From Spirochaetota bacterium (GTDB taxonomy: Bacteria > Spirochaetota > UBA4802 > UBA5550): a DNA stretch of 55,408 nt. A program made the translations under genes and the position numbers. Positions 1 to 10,700 of this stretch are shown here, piece by piece; position 1 is the stretch's first letter, and each line of letters starts with the position of its first letter. The stretch is taken from contig JBBRFT010000002.1 in NCBI GenBank assembly GCA_038241375.1, forward strand, positions 1 through 55,408, in the 5' to 3' direction. The notes under the pieces are model-generated. The model was not told where the DNA came from, did no database searches, and saw only the letters and a program-made list of their open reading frames with translations.

Positions 1-69
1 TCATAAATATCTGTAACTGCTACTTAACCAGATGATTTCTCACCAAATAGTTCTCTATATAAGACCAGG

Positions 70-137
70 AATCTCCCGGCCTATCGGCCACCCCCTTTTA
101 TGAAGGGGGATTTTGAGCGATGCGAAACGGGGAGATT
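70..137. repeat. GC-rich composite palindromic element directly downstream of the STAS gene
   Basis: The outer 8-bp stem aatctccc (70-77) / gggagatt (130-137) encloses two hairpins: ggcc-tatc-ggcc (78-89) and cccccTT-loop-AAggggg (91-109). The flanks are AT-rich. On the minus strand it reads ggggg-tggccgatag-gccggg, similar to ggaagg-tggccaaag-gccgg at 40883-40901. Confidence 0.5.
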
Positions 138-147
138 TAAAATTTAT

Positions 148-477
148 TTAAAAACCAGCCAAAGCATCATCAACTGAATTAAACAGTTTTATCACAGATG
201 TAACCTTTGTAAGCTCAAGTACTTTCTTAACATCATCATTCGGACATGCAAGTCTGAGCTGAGATTTTAGAATCTGATTAATATTTAGAAAAATTCCAAT
301 GCCGGTACTGGTAATTAGTTTAACATTCGAAAGATCCAGAACCATTTTTTTAATCCCTTTTTCTACGATCGCCTGCTGGATTTTTTCTTTCAGGTCAGGG
401 ACATCAAGGGTATGAACTTCCCGCATTACAACCTTAATAATACAAAGTCCATTCTCTTTCTCCTCAAGGTGTATCAT
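148..477 (-). CDS. STAS-domain anti-sigma-factor antagonist (SpoIIAA/RsbV-like)
   Basis: 109-aa ORF. MVLDLSNVKLITSTGIGIF matches the STAS phospho-Ser loop pattern (DLS.V..I.S.G.G). Confidence 0.75.
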   Translation of the reverse strand: MIHLEEKENGLCIIKVVMREVHTLDVPDLKEKIQQAIVEKGIKKMVLDLSNVKLITSTGIGIFLNINQILKSQLRLACPNDDVKKVLELTKVTSVIKLFNSVDDALAGF

Positions 478-866
478 AATAAATCCCTCTCAATGATTAT
501 ATTGAATCCTTATTAATACATATATTCTTTATGAAAGAGTCAACAAATTTTTACACTTTAATAAATTCTCCTGTTTTCGTGGTTTTTAAGAAGATTAACA
601 TTTCAAAAAATTCAGTTCCAAAAAAAATGTAATTTTAATTCCGGCTAAACTAGGGAAATAAGCGTTTTTGCAGCTACTAGTGAAATGTTAATAAAATTTA
701 TCATCCACACCTCAGCCGCTGCTAAAAAAAACTATCTCAGATTTCAAACCCTTGCATATTTAAATTTATTTTTAAAAAAATTAATACTATACAATTTCAG
801 TTTAAAAAACTTCATGGCATTTGCAAATTCAATTATTCAAATACTAATTATATATGAATTATAGAC

Positions 867-894
867 TTGACGAAAAATCAATAAGTCATAGTAT
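867..894 (+). promoter_or_regulatory. Sigma-70-like promoter upstream of the EIIA(Ntr)-ruvB unit
   Basis: TTGACG (867-872), 16-nt spacer, TAGTAT (889-894), about 33 nt upstream of the ATG at 928. Confidence 0.4.
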
Positions 895-927
895 TAACTT
901 AAATAAAATGATAACGATAAATTCAAA

Positions 928-1392
928 ATGAGCCTGCTGGAAAATTTAAAAAAGAATAACATATTGGTTAAAACCAATGCCAAAAACAGATGGGAAATTA
1001 TCGAAGAGATGGTCGATCTGGCTGTCAAAAATAAAGAAATTTCCCATGATGATGCTGAGACTGTTAAAAATGCCCTCATAGAGAGAGAAAAATCTATGAG
1101 TACCGGTATTGGTAATGGTGTGGCTATACCTCACTGTTCAACTTCTAAAGTTAACAATATAATTATGGTTATGGCTTTAACCCCAAAAGGTTTAAATTTT
1201 GAAGCAATCGATAATGAACCTGTAAAGATAGTGATACTCCTTATTGTCCCAAAGGATAAACTTACTCAACATATAAAAACTCTGGCAAATATTGCAAAAA
1301 TGATGAGCGACGCATCACTTCGTAAAAACCTTCTCGAACTGAAAACCTCTGATTCAATATTAAAAACACTTATAAACTACTCACTGACATAA
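928..1392 (+). CDS. ptsN: PTS EIIA type-2 domain protein (nitrogen-regulatory EIIA-Ntr-like)
   Basis: 154 aa. STGIGNGVAIPHC contains the conserved phospho-His loop of fructose/mannitol/Ntr-type EIIA. Confidence 0.75.
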   Translation: MSLLENLKKNNILVKTNAKNRWEIIEEMVDLAVKNKEISHDDAETVKNALIEREKSMSTGIGNGVAIPHCSTSKVNNIIMVMALTPKGLNFEAIDNEPVKIVILLIVPKDKLTQHIKTLANIAKMMSDASLRKNLLELKTSDSILKTLINYSLT

Positions 1393-1393
1393 G

Positions 1394-2446
1394 ATGGATC
1401 AGATATCCAGAATATTAGATTCAAATAAAATCCCTGAAGAAGATTCAGATCATGAACTATCTCTAAGGCCGGCTCGTCTCGATGAATTCATCGGCCAAAA
1501 AAAAATAACAGATAATCTGAAAGTCTTTATAGAATCTGCAAAACTCCGGAAAAAATCATTAGATCACATACTTCTTTCCGGACCTCCAGGTCTTGGGAAA
1601 ACTACGCTTGCTTTTATTATCGCTCAGGAACTCGGTGTCAATCTGAAAGCGACATCTGCCCCTATAATTGACAAGGCTGGTGATCTCGCTTCAATTCTCA
1701 CCGGACTGGAGGAACACGATGTACTCTTCATCGATGAGATACATAGACTGTCACCGGCTATTGAAGAGATTCTCTATCCCGCAATGGAGGATAGATCAAT
1801 TGACATAATTATAGGTCAGGGGATCGGAGCGAAGAGTATAAAACTCAATCTCGCGTCGTTCACTCTGGTGGGTGCGACAACACGGACAGGGCTCCTAACT
1901 GCAGCCCTGAGGGACAGATTCGGTATTCCACTTAGACTTAACTATTACGAGCCCGAAGACCTGAAAAAAATTGCTTTACGAACTGCGGGAATAATCGGTA
2001 TTGAGATGGATGACGACGCCGCCCTTGAGATAGCAAAACGCTCCAGAAGAACACCGCGGATTGTAAACAGACTGGTACGTCGTGTCGCAGACTTTACCAC
2101 AGTTATGAAACATGAAAAAATCGATCTTAAAACTACAAAGTATTCACTTGAAAGACTCGACATAGATGAACTTGGGCTGGATGAAATGGACCGGAGAATT
2201 CTCGCTGCAATTATTGAGAAATATAACGGCGGACCTGTGGGCTTAAAAACAATCGCAATCTCCGTAGGCGAGGAGACCGATACCCTTGAAGATTACTACG
2301 AGCCGTTTCTGGTTCAAATAGGTTTACTGAAGCGGACTCCAAGAGGGAGAATGGTAACAGCTCATGCCTATAAACATCTTGGGATTGAACTTTCGCGAAT
2401 GGCTGAAGATAACCAGCAGATACTATTTGATGAAGATGTTAACTGA
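1394..2446 (+). CDS. ruvB: Holliday junction branch-migration ATPase RuvB
   Basis: 350 aa. LRPARLDEFIGQ, Walker A GPPGLGKTT, Walker B LFIDEIHRL and RTPRI are the full-length RuvB pattern. Confidence 0.97.
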   Translation: MDQISRILDSNKIPEEDSDHELSLRPARLDEFIGQKKITDNLKVFIESAKLRKKSLDHILLSGPPGLGKTTLAFIIAQELGVNLKATSAPIIDKAGDLASILTGLEEHDVLFIDEIHRLSPAIEEILYPAMEDRSIDIIIGQGIGAKSIKLNLASFTLVGATTRTGLLTAALRDRFGIPLRLNYYEPEDLKKIALRTAGIIGIEMDDDAALEIAKRSRRTPRIVNRLVRRVADFTTVMKHEKIDLKTTKYSLERLDIDELGLDEMDRRILAAIIEKYNGGPVGLKTIAISVGEETDTLEDYYEPFLVQIGLLKRTPRGRMVTAHAYKHLGIELSRMAEDNQQILFDEDVN

Positions 2447-2828
2447 CAGAGATGTAAACCTTTCTCTCCCGCGGACCGTCAAACTCGCAGAAATATATCC
2501 CCTGCCAAGTCCCTAACTGAAGTCTCCCCTTCTCAATTATTACAATTTCCGAAGCACCGATCATCGATGATTTAATATGAGCTGCAGAATTACCTTCACC
2601 GTGGAGATAATGCACTTTTTCGAGATTCAATGATTTAAGTCCTGCAAGGATATCTCTCTTAACTGCCGGATCGGCATTCTCATTTATAGTCACTGCAGCA
2701 GTAGTGTGAGGGGTATAGATACAGCATAACCCCTCACTCACATTCATTTCTTTAACTGCAGATACAACCTCTCCGGTAATATCAATAAGCTCTTCCGGTG
2801 AAACTGATCTTATATTAATAATTTTCAT
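2439..2828 (-). CDS. YjbQ/UPF0047 family protein (secondary thiamine-phosphate synthase-like)
   Basis: 129 aa. HTTAAVTINENADP and EGNSAAHIKSS are typical YjbQ motifs. Its 3' end overlaps ruvB convergently by 8 nt. Confidence 0.8.
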   Translation of the reverse strand: MKIINIRSVSPEELIDITGEVVSAVKEMNVSEGLCCIYTPHTTAAVTINENADPAVKRDILAGLKSLNLEKVHYLHGEGNSAAHIKSSMIGASEIVIIEKGRLQLGTWQGIYFCEFDGPRERKVYISVS

Positions 2829-2840
2829 TAAAACTAACTT

Positions 2841-3845
2841 CTACTTATCCTGAAATTTCCCGTTAACAAATTTACCTTTTCTGTCTTCAGTTCCGTCAGG
2901 TCTAAGGATGGCTCCATTCCCATGAGGAAGACCATCCTTAAAATCACCAACATATTTTATCTGATTAGCCTGAGTCAGTGTACCCTTGCCGTCATATTTG
3001 CCTTTTTTAAAAGTTCCCTCATAAACTGAACCTTTAGTTGATGTGTGCTTACCTTTCCCATCAAGAATATCATCCTTAAAATTTCCTTCAAAAATTTCGC
3101 CGTTTACAAAAGTTACTTTCCCTTTACCGTTCAACTTGGCGTTTTTAAAATCACCAACATACTGATTCCCATTCTGATCAACAAATGATCCATCTCCGCT
3201 CATTGTACTGTTTATAAAATTCCCCTCGTACTTTGATCCGTTTTTAAAAAATACTTTCCCTTTTCCATTAAGTTTGCCATTTAAAAAATTTCCTGTATAT
3301 GCATCTCCTGCAGGGTCAATAAATGATCCGGTTCCGTTAGGTTTCCCTTTCACAAATGTCCCGGAAAAAGACGCACCGTTTGAATACCTGTATACACCTT
3401 CTCCATGGAAAAAATCGTCCTGGAACATACCTGTGTACTTTTCTCCCGAAGTAAACACAAACTCTCCATTACCCTTCTTCTTTCCTTTAACAAAATCTCC
3501 GGTAAATTTATCTCCGCTCTTTGTTGTGATTGATCCTTTACCATCAAGGAGGTTATCTTTATAATCACCTTCGGCAACCTCACCGGATTTATAAGTCACC
3601 TTCCCCTTCCCGTTTAGTTTTCCATCAGTAAAGTCACCTTCATAACTGTCCCCTTTCTTGTCAGTGTACAAACCCTTACCAGTCATCTGCCCGTTTTTAA
3701 ACTGACCTTCATAAATTGCAGCATTACTGTATTTAAATTTACCCTTTCCATTCTGGCAGTCACCTTCAACACAATCTGCAAAAAGACCGACTCCTGAAAA
3801 TACCGTTAAAACTAAAGCAAATAAAAACATCCTGATCTGAATCAT
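2841..3845 (-). CDS. Secreted MORN-repeat protein
   Basis: About a dozen 23-aa repeats of the form YEGDFKDGKLNGKGKVTY. Signal peptide MIQIRMFLFALVLTVFSGVGLFADC. The start is set to the ATG at 3845, which has AAGGAG 6 nt upstream; the ORF track extends to 3869. Confidence 0.85.
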   Translation of the reverse strand: MIQIRMFLFALVLTVFSGVGLFADCVEGDCQNGKGKFKYSNAAIYEGQFKNGQMTGKGLYTDKKGDSYEGDFTDGKLNGKGKVTYKSGEVAEGDYKDNLLDGKGSITTKSGDKFTGDFVKGKKKGNGEFVFTSGEKYTGMFQDDFFHGEGVYRYSNGASFSGTFVKGKPNGTGSFIDPAGDAYTGNFLNGKLNGKGKVFFKNGSKYEGNFINSTMSGDGSFVDQNGNQYVGDFKNAKLNGKGKVTFVNGEIFEGNFKDDILDGKGKHTSTKGSVYEGTFKKGKYDGKGTLTQANQIKYVGDFKDGLPHGNGAILRPDGTEDRKGKFVNGKFQDK

Positions 3846-4131
3846 ATAATTCTCCTTATAAACTTTCATTTATTTTATATATTTTATTGCACTTAATTGT
3901 TGAATCCAAGATTTCAATTTATATAATAATAGTTACTTTTCAATTATTTTTTCATTAATAAAAAGACTTCAAAAATAATCTAATGATTATTTGTTTTTCT
4001 GTAAAGATTTCTTTTTACTAAGCTCCTCTTTTTTCATCAAAGAAAGAAGATCGGCAGTAGCCGGGGTGAGTTTTAAAAGGTTTAATGAAAAAATACACGG
4101 TCAAATCACTAGCGACAATTAATGTAAACTC

Positions 4132-4587
4132 TCAATTATCTCTGTAATAAAAATCGATATCAAATCCGCCGAAAGATGAAATGAATGACATATTCACATT
4201 ATCATATAAAGCTTTAATAGATATGGGATCATCATTAAATTCAGGGGGAGAGAGTATAAGATCGTGCTCGGAATACTGCATTAAGTTTGCAAATGTTCCC
4301 GTAATAAGATTTGCAAGCTCACCTGCTATATCGGCACTCATATTTTTAGAGATCTTTGCCTTCGGGTCACCAATAAATTTCCTGGAAATTTGTGTAAGGG
4401 TTTTCTGAGGAATATTGATCACAACTTCCCCTTCAAGAGTCCCTTTAATTTCAATTGCAACCTGAGGGTCCTTTTCACACGCCTGGCTTTCATAGACTTC
4501 AGATATGTTGTGATCATCTAAGAATTTTTTAAAGATATGATTAACGGATTTTGTTAGAATTTTTGTATAAGCTTCATAATCACTCAT
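4132..4587 (-). CDS. cheX: CheX/CheC-like chemotaxis phosphatase family protein
   Basis: 151 aa. ADIAGELANLITG followed about 21 residues later by SPP fits the CheC/CheX/FliY active-site pattern D-x3-E-x2-N-x22-P. The size is typical for CheX. Confidence 0.6.
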   Translation of the reverse strand: MSDYEAYTKILTKSVNHIFKKFLDDHNISEVYESQACEKDPQVAIEIKGTLEGEVVINIPQKTLTQISRKFIGDPKAKISKNMSADIAGELANLITGTFANLMQYSEHDLILSPPEFNDDPISIKALYDNVNMSFISSFGGFDIDFYYRDN

Positions 4588-4665
4588 GCTGCACCATCTC
4601 AGAAAATATATTATGTCAGATTAAAACCGGAAATAATATACGGTCAATATTTTTTTTACGTTTAT

Positions 4666-5130
4666 TTACTTAATCTTCCATCTGTAATGGAGTTCCAGAT
4701 ACTTTTTGATACTCTCATAATTGCAGCCGATAAGTACAGCTGAATAGGCAGTAAAGACAAATCCCATAACAATACTCATTGGTATCATATAATCTGAACC
4801 AAACTCATGTTTAAGCCATAGAAAAGAATCACTGAAATTTATTAAAAATATGCTGAAAAAAATAATTGAACCAATAGTAACCCATTTAAAGCCTGAAATT
4901 GTTTTTATGACATAAACTCTTTCGTTTCTGATTATATCCATAACAGTAGTTTTAATACCATAAGGAGATTTATATACCGAATCTTTTTTCAACAGATTGA
5001 ATACTTTTTTCAATCGTAATACTTCATCACTGCACCCTCTGCAAAACATAAGATGAAGTTTTAGAATAAAAGGTGTATGAGAACTATTGTCGAGTTTAAG
5101 ATAATCTTCAACTGCTTTACTGCATTTCAT
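4666..5130 (-). CDS. Membrane anti-sigma factor with zf-HC2 motif
   Basis: 154 aa. HLMFCRGC matches H-x3-C-x2-C. Two or three C-terminal TM helices. The start overlaps the stop of the ECF sigma gene by 14 nt. Confidence 0.6.
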   Translation of the reverse strand: MKCSKAVEDYLKLDNSSHTPFILKLHLMFCRGCSDEVLRLKKVFNLLKKDSVYKSPYGIKTTVMDIIRNERVYVIKTISGFKWVTIGSIIFFSIFLINFSDSFLWLKHEFGSDYMIPMSIVMGFVFTAYSAVLIGCNYESIKKYLELHYRWKIK

Positions 5131-5686
5131 AATACTCCTCCGCTATTGTACCTTTGAGTTTCTGCCTTAATATATTTTTTGCTCTCAATACATCTGACTT
5201 TATAGTGTTTATAGGATAGCCTGTAATTTCACTTATTTCATTATATTTCAATCCCAGAAAAAAATAAAAATCGATGCATATCTTATATCTCTCAGGGAGA
5301 TGGTTAATCTCCTCTTCAAGAAGCTGTTTAATTTCACCATAAATATGTTTATTTTCAGGGAGCTCATAATTTGATTTAATCTCTTCACTGTTAAACTCGA
5401 AACCTTCATCTTGTTTTTTCTTCTTCATATTGATTCCATGATTATATGCAAGCTTAACTAACCAGTATTTGAAGAGAGCTATCTCCCTGTATAATTCAAT
5501 TTTCTTAAATGCTTTGAGAAAAACCTCCTGCGTGAAATCTGCAGAATCATCCCTATCGTAAAAAAATCTCATGCCTATACTGAATATCTTATCCTGATAT
5601 CTTTCAACAATCAGACTATATAATTCAAAATCACCTTTCTGAACCTGCCTGACAATATGCTCGTCGGATAAAAAATTTTCAGGCAT
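5117..5686 (-). CDS. ECF-type RNA polymerase sigma-70 family factor
   Basis: 189 aa. Region 2 is DFTQEVFLKAFK and region 4 HTH is YNEISEITGYPINTIKSDVLRAKNILRQKL. Confidence 0.85.
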   Translation of the reverse strand: MPENFLSDEHIVRQVQKGDFELYSLIVERYQDKIFSIGMRFFYDRDDSADFTQEVFLKAFKKIELYREIALFKYWLVKLAYNHGINMKKKKQDEGFEFNSEEIKSNYELPENKHIYGEIKQLLEEEINHLPERYKICIDFYFFLGLKYNEISEITGYPINTIKSDVLRAKNILRQKLKGTIAEEYYEMQ

Positions 5687-6023
5687 TTTTTGATTTTATC
5701 TTAAGTCTTACAATAAAAAATATCAGTAGGCTCACCCCTACAGAAACCGGTATAAGACCGCTTAAAATGCCATAACTGAATACGTCTTTTATCACAAAGA
5801 AAATTGTAAGAGCAAGTCCAAGTATAAAAAGAACAAGACCCAGGAAAAGTGAAAATGTATCCATATCAAAAGGTACACGGGTATAAATACCCTTATCAAT
5901 CATATGTATCTTCAGTTTATAACTCCAGAGAAGATAAAAAAAGATTATTAAACAACCCATTACAATCCCCACTATCGGGATTATAGTTACAATAACCTGT
6001 GCTGCAGTAGATGGTGTCGGCAT
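5679..6023 (-). CDS. Small integral membrane protein of unknown function, first gene of the ECF operon
   Basis: 114 aa with three or four hydrophobic helices. Its stop overlaps the sigma gene start by 8 nt. No motif recognised. Confidence 0.5.
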   Translation of the reverse strand: MPTPSTAAQVIVTIIPIVGIVMGCLIIFFYLLWSYKLKIHMIDKGIYTRVPFDMDTFSLFLGLVLFILGLALTIFFVIKDVFSYGILSGLIPVSVGVSLLIFFIVRLKIKSKNA

Positions 6024-6172
6024 TTCAAACTCCTTATCTTTATCTTTAATTCAGTTAATCATTAAGTTTCAATATAGCAAACATAATTTTTCTATGATAG
6101 TTGCAAAAAAATGCAACTTTTAATACTCACAACGGTTAAGAACTTTATAAATATCACAGCAGGAGTAAGTAC

Positions 6173-6823
6173 ATGAAAATTCCTCACACCGAAAAAATTT
6201 CCGCATATACACATGGAGGTACAATTCCGGTTATGATTATCGGTACAATTATATTACTGATAATATCTTCCGGCAATATAACAGCTCAGATAGTCTCACT
6301 TATATACGGGCTGTCAGGTATTTTTCTTTTCAGCGCGAGTTTTTTATATCACACTAAAAAAGTTATTGAGAACGATAAGACTGTCTGGCGAAAACTCGAT
6401 CACTCGGCAATATTTTTTCTTATAGCGGGAACATACACACCAATCTGTTTCCTTTATCTTGAAGGAAACATGAAATGGGGAATACTCATTGCACAATGGA
6501 CACTTGTGCTTTCAGGAATTATTTTCAAACTATTCTTTGTTAATGCACCTCGTGTTATAGGAACAATGATTTATCTTTTAATGGGATGGATCGTAGTAAT
6601 TCCAATTTCAACACTAATGAATACAATGCCTGCCGCGGCACTTACTTTTCTCGCTGCCGGAGGGATATCCTACACAGTCGGCGCCATAATTTATATAATT
6701 AAGCGACCGAATCCAATACCCGATTTTTTCGGATTCCACGAAATTTTTCACTTATTTATAATTGGAGGAGCTGTTCTTCATTTGGCTATGGTAGTTTACA
6801 GTATAGAAAAATTTGTGCACTGA
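6173..6823 (+). CDS. Hemolysin III / PAQR family channel protein
   Basis: 216 aa with seven predicted TM segments. LYH..K, WRKLDHSAIF and a C-terminal FHEIFHLF..GG..H motif are typical of the family. Confidence 0.8.
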   Translation: MKIPHTEKISAYTHGGTIPVMIIGTIILLIISSGNITAQIVSLIYGLSGIFLFSASFLYHTKKVIENDKTVWRKLDHSAIFFLIAGTYTPICFLYLEGNMKWGILIAQWTLVLSGIIFKLFFVNAPRVIGTMIYLLMGWIVVIPISTLMNTMPAAALTFLAAGGISYTVGAIIYIIKRPNPIPDFFGFHEIFHLFIIGGAVLHLAMVVYSIEKFVH

Positions 6824-6907
6824 TTCAAACTGATCTTTTAAAACGGAATAATTATTGCAGTAATTATTTTAATATTAATATATGCCTTATTCGAAGAGGT
6901 AACAGTT

Positions 6908-7468
6908 ATGACCGTATCAAGAGACGAATCCTTAGAGCTATTAAAGCAGTATATCACCAATGAAAGAATGTTTGCACATTCACTGGCCTCTGAAGTTGTT
7001 ATGCGCGCCGTTGCCAACCGTCTGGGTGAAGATGAGCACGAGTGGGGAACTGCAGGCCTTCTCCACGATATAGACGTAGAGGTAACAAATGCAGACATGA
7101 AAACTCACGGACTGAAAGCTGTTGAAATATTAAGTGAAAAAGGGTACAAACCTGAAATTATTGATGCAATAAAAATGCACAATGAGGAAGCATCCGGTCT
7201 GGAGAGATCAGAAAAGTTTCAGCATGCCCTGGCTGCCTGTGAAACTATCACAGGTCTTATATTTGCCACGACAATGGTATACCCCGATAAAAAGCTGGCA
7301 AGTGTAAAAGCAAAATCCATAACCAAACGGATGAAAGAAAAAATATTCGCAGCATCGGTAAGAAGAGAGAACATAATGGAGTGCGAAAAAATAGGAATAC
7401 CCCTTGATGAATTCGCCGAAATATCACTTAAAGCAATGCAGGAGATCAGTGATAAGCTTGGATTTTAA
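6908..7468 (+). CDS. HD-domain metal-dependent phosphohydrolase
   Basis: 186 aa. H (FAHSL) ... HD (LLHDID) ... H (KMHNE) is the HD superfamily spacing. Confidence 0.65.
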   Translation: MTVSRDESLELLKQYITNERMFAHSLASEVVMRAVANRLGEDEHEWGTAGLLHDIDVEVTNADMKTHGLKAVEILSEKGYKPEIIDAIKMHNEEASGLERSEKFQHALAACETITGLIFATTMVYPDKKLASVKAKSITKRMKEKIFAASVRRENIMECEKIGIPLDEFAEISLKAMQEISDKLGF

Positions 7469-7752
7469 TATTGTATTCCAAATAATCCCTTAATTTCATT
7501 TTTCCAAATTACTTCCCAATTTTCGGAGGCACTTCTGCCATGGCGGCAAACATATCTAACCACAGCAAAAGTGCAAAGATTCTATGAATTAGAAATAGTT
7601 TAATCCGCTTCAAAAAACTTTTCTCCTGCCAATTTTACTACCAGCTCCGATGAGGACCTGATTATTTACCCTTCCTAAAATACTTGACATAAACACTTAT
7701 AAGTTATGTCAGTAGATTGGATTTTTATATTTGTAAATTACGGATACAATAC

Positions 7753-10700
7753 ATGAAAAAAGATTTCGGATACAGGGAAATACCCTATAACTATACATCA
7801 TTCTCAGATAAAGAAATAATTCTTAAATATTTTGATGACGCTACTTGGGAACTTCTGAATGATCTGAGACATCAGAGAAAAACAGGAAGAAGCGCAAGGC
7901 TTATATTCGAAATTATCGGTGATATATTTATAATCGATAGAAATCCCTATATATTTAATGACTTTCTTGATGATATAAAGAAACAGAAAAAATTAAAAAA
8001 ACTTCACGAAATTAGATTTCATGCAATAAAAACAAAAACTTCCAACGAACAAATTCATGAGCTTGTAAAAAAACTGATAAAAGTGGACACTCTCTTTTTC
8101 AGCAGATTTAAAAGCGAAAGAAAAAAAAGGAAAAAAATTTCCAGCACCCTCAACACTATTCTTCCAAAAGACCAGATACATTTTTCCGCTTTTCAAAAAG
8201 TCTCTCACGTAACAGATGCAACAGACTGGCGCGTGGAGTATCCGGAGGTTATTGTATACCCGGGGAATGCTTCAGAGATTTCAAAACTGATTAAAGCAGC
8301 AGCATCTCTTAATCTTAAGATTATTCCCCGCGGAGGCGGTACCGGCCTTACCGGCGGTGTAATTCCTGTTGTTCCCGATACAATGATAATAAATACAGAA
8401 AAAATGAGCGGGATCAAAGAGATTGAATTTGTAAACATAAACGGGAAAAACATCCCTGTTATTGAAACTGATGCCGGTGTCATTACCGAAACTGTTACTC
8501 ATTTCTGCAAAGACAGAGGGTACATATTCGCAACCGATCCCACATCGGCATGGGCGTCAACAATCGGCGGTAATATAGCAGAAAATGCCGGCGGAAAAAA
8601 ATGTGTAATGTGGGGAACAGCAATTGATAATATATTCTCTTTCAAGATTATCAATGCCGAAGGTCACGTTCTTGACGTACGGAGAAAAGATCATCCTCAT
8701 AGAAAAATAGAACCGGAAGATGAAGTTGTATTTGAAGTTTACTCTCTCCCGAAAAAGAAAAACGAGAAACTATTAAAAACAATAATTCTCAGCGGACTTG
8801 ATATACGGAAAAATGGAGTCGGGAAAGATATAACCAACAAGGCTTTAAAAGGGCTTCCGGGAATTCAGAAAGAGGGGGGAGACGGAATTATAATCTCTGC
8901 AAAATTTGTTCTTTATAAACCCTTCAACCACTGCAGAACAATCTGTCTGGAATTTTTCGGAACAAATATGATAAACGCCTCCAAAGCTATCGTTGAGATA
9001 CTGGATAATTTCAACAAAAATGATCACGCGCATCTGACTGCTCTTGAACATTTTGATGACAAATATGTCAGTGCAATAAATTACAGAAACAAATCCGATC
9101 GGAGCGATTTTCCAAAAGCTGTACTCCTAATAGATGTCGAAAGTGACGACATTGAAGAACTCGAAATATCATCCGCCAGCATTCTGGAAATTGTAAAACA
9201 ATATAACACAGAAGGCTTCATCGCAGACTCGGAAGAGAAGAGAGAGCTTTTCTGGAAAGACAGAAAAAATCTGGGTGCAATTGCCCGTCATACAAACGCC
9301 TTTAAACTTAATGAAGATATTGTTATACCTGTAGATTCCCTTCCTAATTTTTCGGATTTTATTGACAGGCTTAATCTGCAGAAAGAGCTTGAAAACAACT
9401 GCTCAATGATTGATGATCTTACGGAGTATTTCAAAACTCTTTACGGTAAAGAGGATGTTTTCTTTCAATCCAAGATTGAATCTTATATCACATTTATAAA
9501 TGAAATCAAATCTGACCAGCTAGAGTATATCCACAATATTGAAAATCCGGCCGGAACAGTGTCAAGAATTACAAATCCTGAATATAAAGATAAAATCCTT
9601 TTCGAACTTCTTCGTGACGGAAATATACAATTTTCAATTTCTGAAACTGTACTTAACAGATTCAGAAAGAATTTTTACGGATATGATGAAATCATAAACG
9701 CATTCAATGAAATAGTAGAGTTCAGACAGAGCAGAAAACTTATAATAGCAACTCATATGCATGCCGGAGACGGAAATATCCATGTAAACATCCCTGTCCA
9801 TTCAAATGACTACAGAATGATGCTCGATGCCGATGAAATTGCCGCAGTCATAATGAGAGAAACAACTGATAAATTTAACGGCGTAATTTCAGGTGAACAT
9901 GGAATAGGGCTTACAAAACTTAAGTTTATTGATAAAAATATCCTTGATGATTATGCTGATTATAAAAAAGAGGCAGACCCGGATGATATTTTCAATCCTG
10001 GAAAGCTAAGACACGATTTTCCTCACAATTCGGTCTATACTCCGTCACTTAATCTGCTGGAACTCGAAGCCTTTATACTTGAAGTTGCGGATATGAAAGA
10101 TCTAACCAAATCTATAGCCTCATGTGTCAGATGCGGAAAATGTAAAGAGGTATGCAACACTCACGTGCCGGCATGCACAATGTTTTACAGCCCCAGAAAT
10201 AAAATTCTTGCTGTCACTCTTATAACTGAAGCTGTCCTTTACGAAGCACAGACAACAAATAATCTCAGTTTCAGAAACTTCCGCATGCTTCGCGATGTAT
10301 CAGATCACTGCACAATGTGTCACAACTGCTACACGCCTTGTCCGGTTAATATTGACTTTGCAACAGTTACACTTGCAATCAGAAATCTTCTGAATGAAAG
10401 AAAAAGATCTGAACCGAAACTGATAACCAATTTTGTTCTTTTTTATCTTAAAAGAAAAGGTTATTATACCAATAAACTTCTCCGTATGCTTATACTGAAA
10501 TTCGGTTATTCAATGCAGCGGCTAGGATATATTGCAAACAAGCCTGTTAATAAAGTAACAGAATTTATTGTTCCTAAAATCAACGGCATACTTCAGTCAC
10601 GTCTCCCTAAATCGGGTACTCCCTCACTCCGGGATTACCTTGGGTTAAAAGGAGCAAATACTTTTTTTGCGTTTCATAACCCTGATAAAGACATAGTAAA

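Noticed and set aside
531-632. 33-codon ORF (MKESTNFYTLINSPVFVVFKK...) in the 450-bp STAS/ptsN spacer, and a 16-codon ORF near 3990-4040 on the minus strand.
   Set aside because: Neither has an SD or any recognisable feature. Such ORFs are expected by chance in AT-rich spacer DNA.
815-825. TGGCAT-TTGCA, resembling the sigma-54 -24/-12 elements, upstream of ptsN.
   Set aside because: The two boxes are adjacent. The consensus TGGCAC-N5-TTGC needs 5 nt between them, so the spacing is incompatible.
2841-3845. Regular ~69-bp periodic repeats that could be mistaken for a repeat array or CRISPR.
   Set aside because: They lie in one long ORF and encode MORN repeats. There is no repeat-spacer organisation and there are no cas genes.
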